Source of the DNA: Chiloscyllium plagiosum
Lineage: Eukaryota
Direction: 5' to 3'
DNA length: 64,000 nucleotides
Assembly (NCBI RefSeq): GCF_004010195.1
Contig: NC_057718.1
Coordinates: 6,362,857-6,426,856 of the forward strand
The position numbers were made by a program, and so were the translations under genes. Shown one piece after another: positions 61,998-64,000 of the stretch. The number at the start of each line of letters is the position of its first letter. Positions within the stretch are counted from its first letter, which is position 1. The notes beneath the pieces are model-generated. The model was given only the letters and a program-made list of their open reading frames with translations, was not told where the DNA came from and made no database searches.

Positions 61998-62350
61998 TCA
62001 TGGCTCAGTGGTTAGCACTGTTGCCTCACAGCACCAGAGGCCCAGGTTAGATTCCAAACTCGAATGACTACCTGTGTGGAGTTTGCACATTCGTCTCGTG
62101 TCGGCATAGGTTTCCTCTGGGTGCTCCAGTTTCCTCCCACAGTCCAAAGATGTGCAGGTTAGCTGAATTGGCCATGCTAAATTGCCCATAGTGTTTAGGG
62201 ATGTTGAGGTTAGGTGCATTAGTCAGGGATAAATATAGGAAAAATAGGGTGGGGAAATGAATCTGGGTGGGTTGCTCATTGGAGGATCGGTGTGGACTTG
62301 TTGGGCCAAAGGGCCTGTTTCCACACTGTAGGGATTTTATGATTCTATGA
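61998..62350 (+). mobile_element. HE1-type V-SINE
   Basis: Head, V-domain, tail gattctatga. Confidence 0.92.
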
Positions 62351-62892
62351 CAACAGTTAAAATGCTAATCACGAACAAGTCAACTCATTCAGATATTAAC
62401 CAGAACTATTGGTGTGAGATTATTGAAGGCTGTTCTTCCAGTTCTGACACTTGGGGACCAGATATGTTTCTAATCAACCTGTTCAGAGATGTTATTACAC
62501 ACCTCCATAACAGATAAGACCTACACCCAGGCCTCCTGCTCCCAGGGTAGGGACTGGACAACCCTATCACAACAGCCCCTACAAATCTGGGATTCCAAAA
62601 CAAACAGACAAATTAGTGAACATCTCTTTAGCATATTGACTAGAAGAATATTGCTGCATGTAAAATAATGTTAGGCACCAACATTTGAATTTCTATTGGA
62701 TTAGAAGTGAGAGTGAACAATTATTTCTAATTTTGCACTGACAACTGTATTGCTCAGGGAAGATACAGGGTGGGGATGCAATCATCTGAAACTGGCTTTG
62801 GGAGCATGATGGAGGGTCACAGGTTGTGGGTTTAATTTGCACTCCAGAGAACTGAGCACCGCATGATCCAAGCTGACTTTCCACAATCGAGT

Positions 62893-63355
62893 TGCTTCGC
62901 TCAGTTAGCTGGATGGCTGGTTTGTAATGCAGAATGACACTAACAGCGTGGCTTCAATTCCCACACTGACTGAAGTTACCATGAAGGACTGTCCTTCTCA
63001 ACCTCTGCCTTCATCTGAGGTGTGCTGACCCTCAACGTAAGGTTGCTACCAGTTGTGTCTCTAATGAGAGAGCAATGCTATGGTGTGTTAAGGCTCTGAC
63101 AATTTTAGTCCTGGGGGTCAGTTGGCTGGATGGCTGGTTTGTGATATAGAGTGAGACCAATAGTGCAGGTACAATTCCTGTACTTGTTGAGGATACCATG
63201 AAGATACTGCTTTCTGAATTTTACCCCCTCACTGAGGTGTGATTACCCTCGGGTTAAATCACCACTGACTTCCTCTCTCTGATGAGACAGCAGCCCTCTG
63301 GTCTCTTCCTCTAACAAAAGAGCAGCTCTCTGGGACTTTGGAGCTGCTGACTTTA
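62893..63355 (+). mobile_element. Two tandem tRNA-derived SINE copies (62893-63105, 63113-63355)
   Basis: Both start tcagtt(a/g)gctggatggctggtttgt and contain box-B-like caattcc, accatgaag and atgagagag. Confidence 0.8.
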
Positions 63356-63555
63356 AGTGGAGATGGTAAACCCTGTCTACCTTTGCAAATCCGTGTAGAA
63401 TTGCCACTAATTTGAAGATGATACAGGAGTCCATCCCAGTGCCCTGGCTAATATTCAGCATGCAAAGCTAATTGCAGGCCTTTATTTGTTCAAGGAATAT
63501 TTTAACAAGGCAATTTGATCCTGTTAGTTCCAGTTTTCTTATTGAGAATGCATTG

Positions 63556-63861
63556 AGGCAGCATAGTGGCTCAGTAGTTAGCACTGCTACTTCATAGTGC
63601 CAGGGACTTGGATTCAATTCCAGCCTTGGATGACAATCTGTGTAGAGTTTGCACATTCTCTGTGTCCATGTGGGTTTCCTCCCACTGACCAAAGATGTGC
63701 AGGTAAGGTGGATCAGCCATGATAAATTGCCCATAATAGACCACCCATGTTAAATGCAGGCTTAAAGGGTGGGGTGCTAGGTTTGAGTGGGATGCTGTTT
63801 GCAGGGTTGGTGTAGACTCAAAGGGCTGAATGGCCTCTTTCCACACTGTATGGATTCTATG
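63556..63861 (+). mobile_element. HE1-type V-SINE
   Basis: Head tggctcagtagttagcactgc, tail ccacactgtatggattctatga. Confidence 0.9.
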
Positions 63862-64000
63862 AAAGTTGCTAAGTATACATTATAATTTTAATTTGAAAAC
63901 GAATAAGGAATCACATGGCATGAAAAGGGTAAGGTTATTCACACCAGTTGATCATTCAATGATGAAAGGCCATGAATTTAAAATTGTTATTAAGAAAATG

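Overview
Repeat-dense non-coding vertebrate DNA, almost certainly from a shark or other elasmobranch, judged from the abundant HE1-type V-SINEs, HER1/CR1 LINEs and SacSINE1-like DeuSINEs. I recognise no host protein-coding exon; nearly all ORFs in the track are translations of decayed transposons. The window holds about 16 HE1-type SINEs, many CR1 fragments, a second CR1-group (Zenon-like) LINE family with a partner tRNA-SINE, L2, Rex1 and RTE remnants, a decayed Gypsy provirus (21408-25919) plus solo LTRs, two coding Penelope-like (PLE) fragments, and several tandem repeats. The most interesting signal is a population of PLE-terminus mini-insertions that carry minimal hammerhead-ribozyme motifs. 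They are often palindromic, are flanked by 8-16 bp target-site duplications (TSDs), and break at or near the ribozyme. Also notable: a fold-back inversion inside the long PLE, a 385-bp locally templated insertion inside a SINE, a telomere-like hexamer array with 72-bp and 61-bp higher-order repeats, and a 42-bp minisatellite rich in ETS/TALE motifs. Family names come from motif recognition by eye, not database searches, and boundaries are approximate unless a TSD is quoted.
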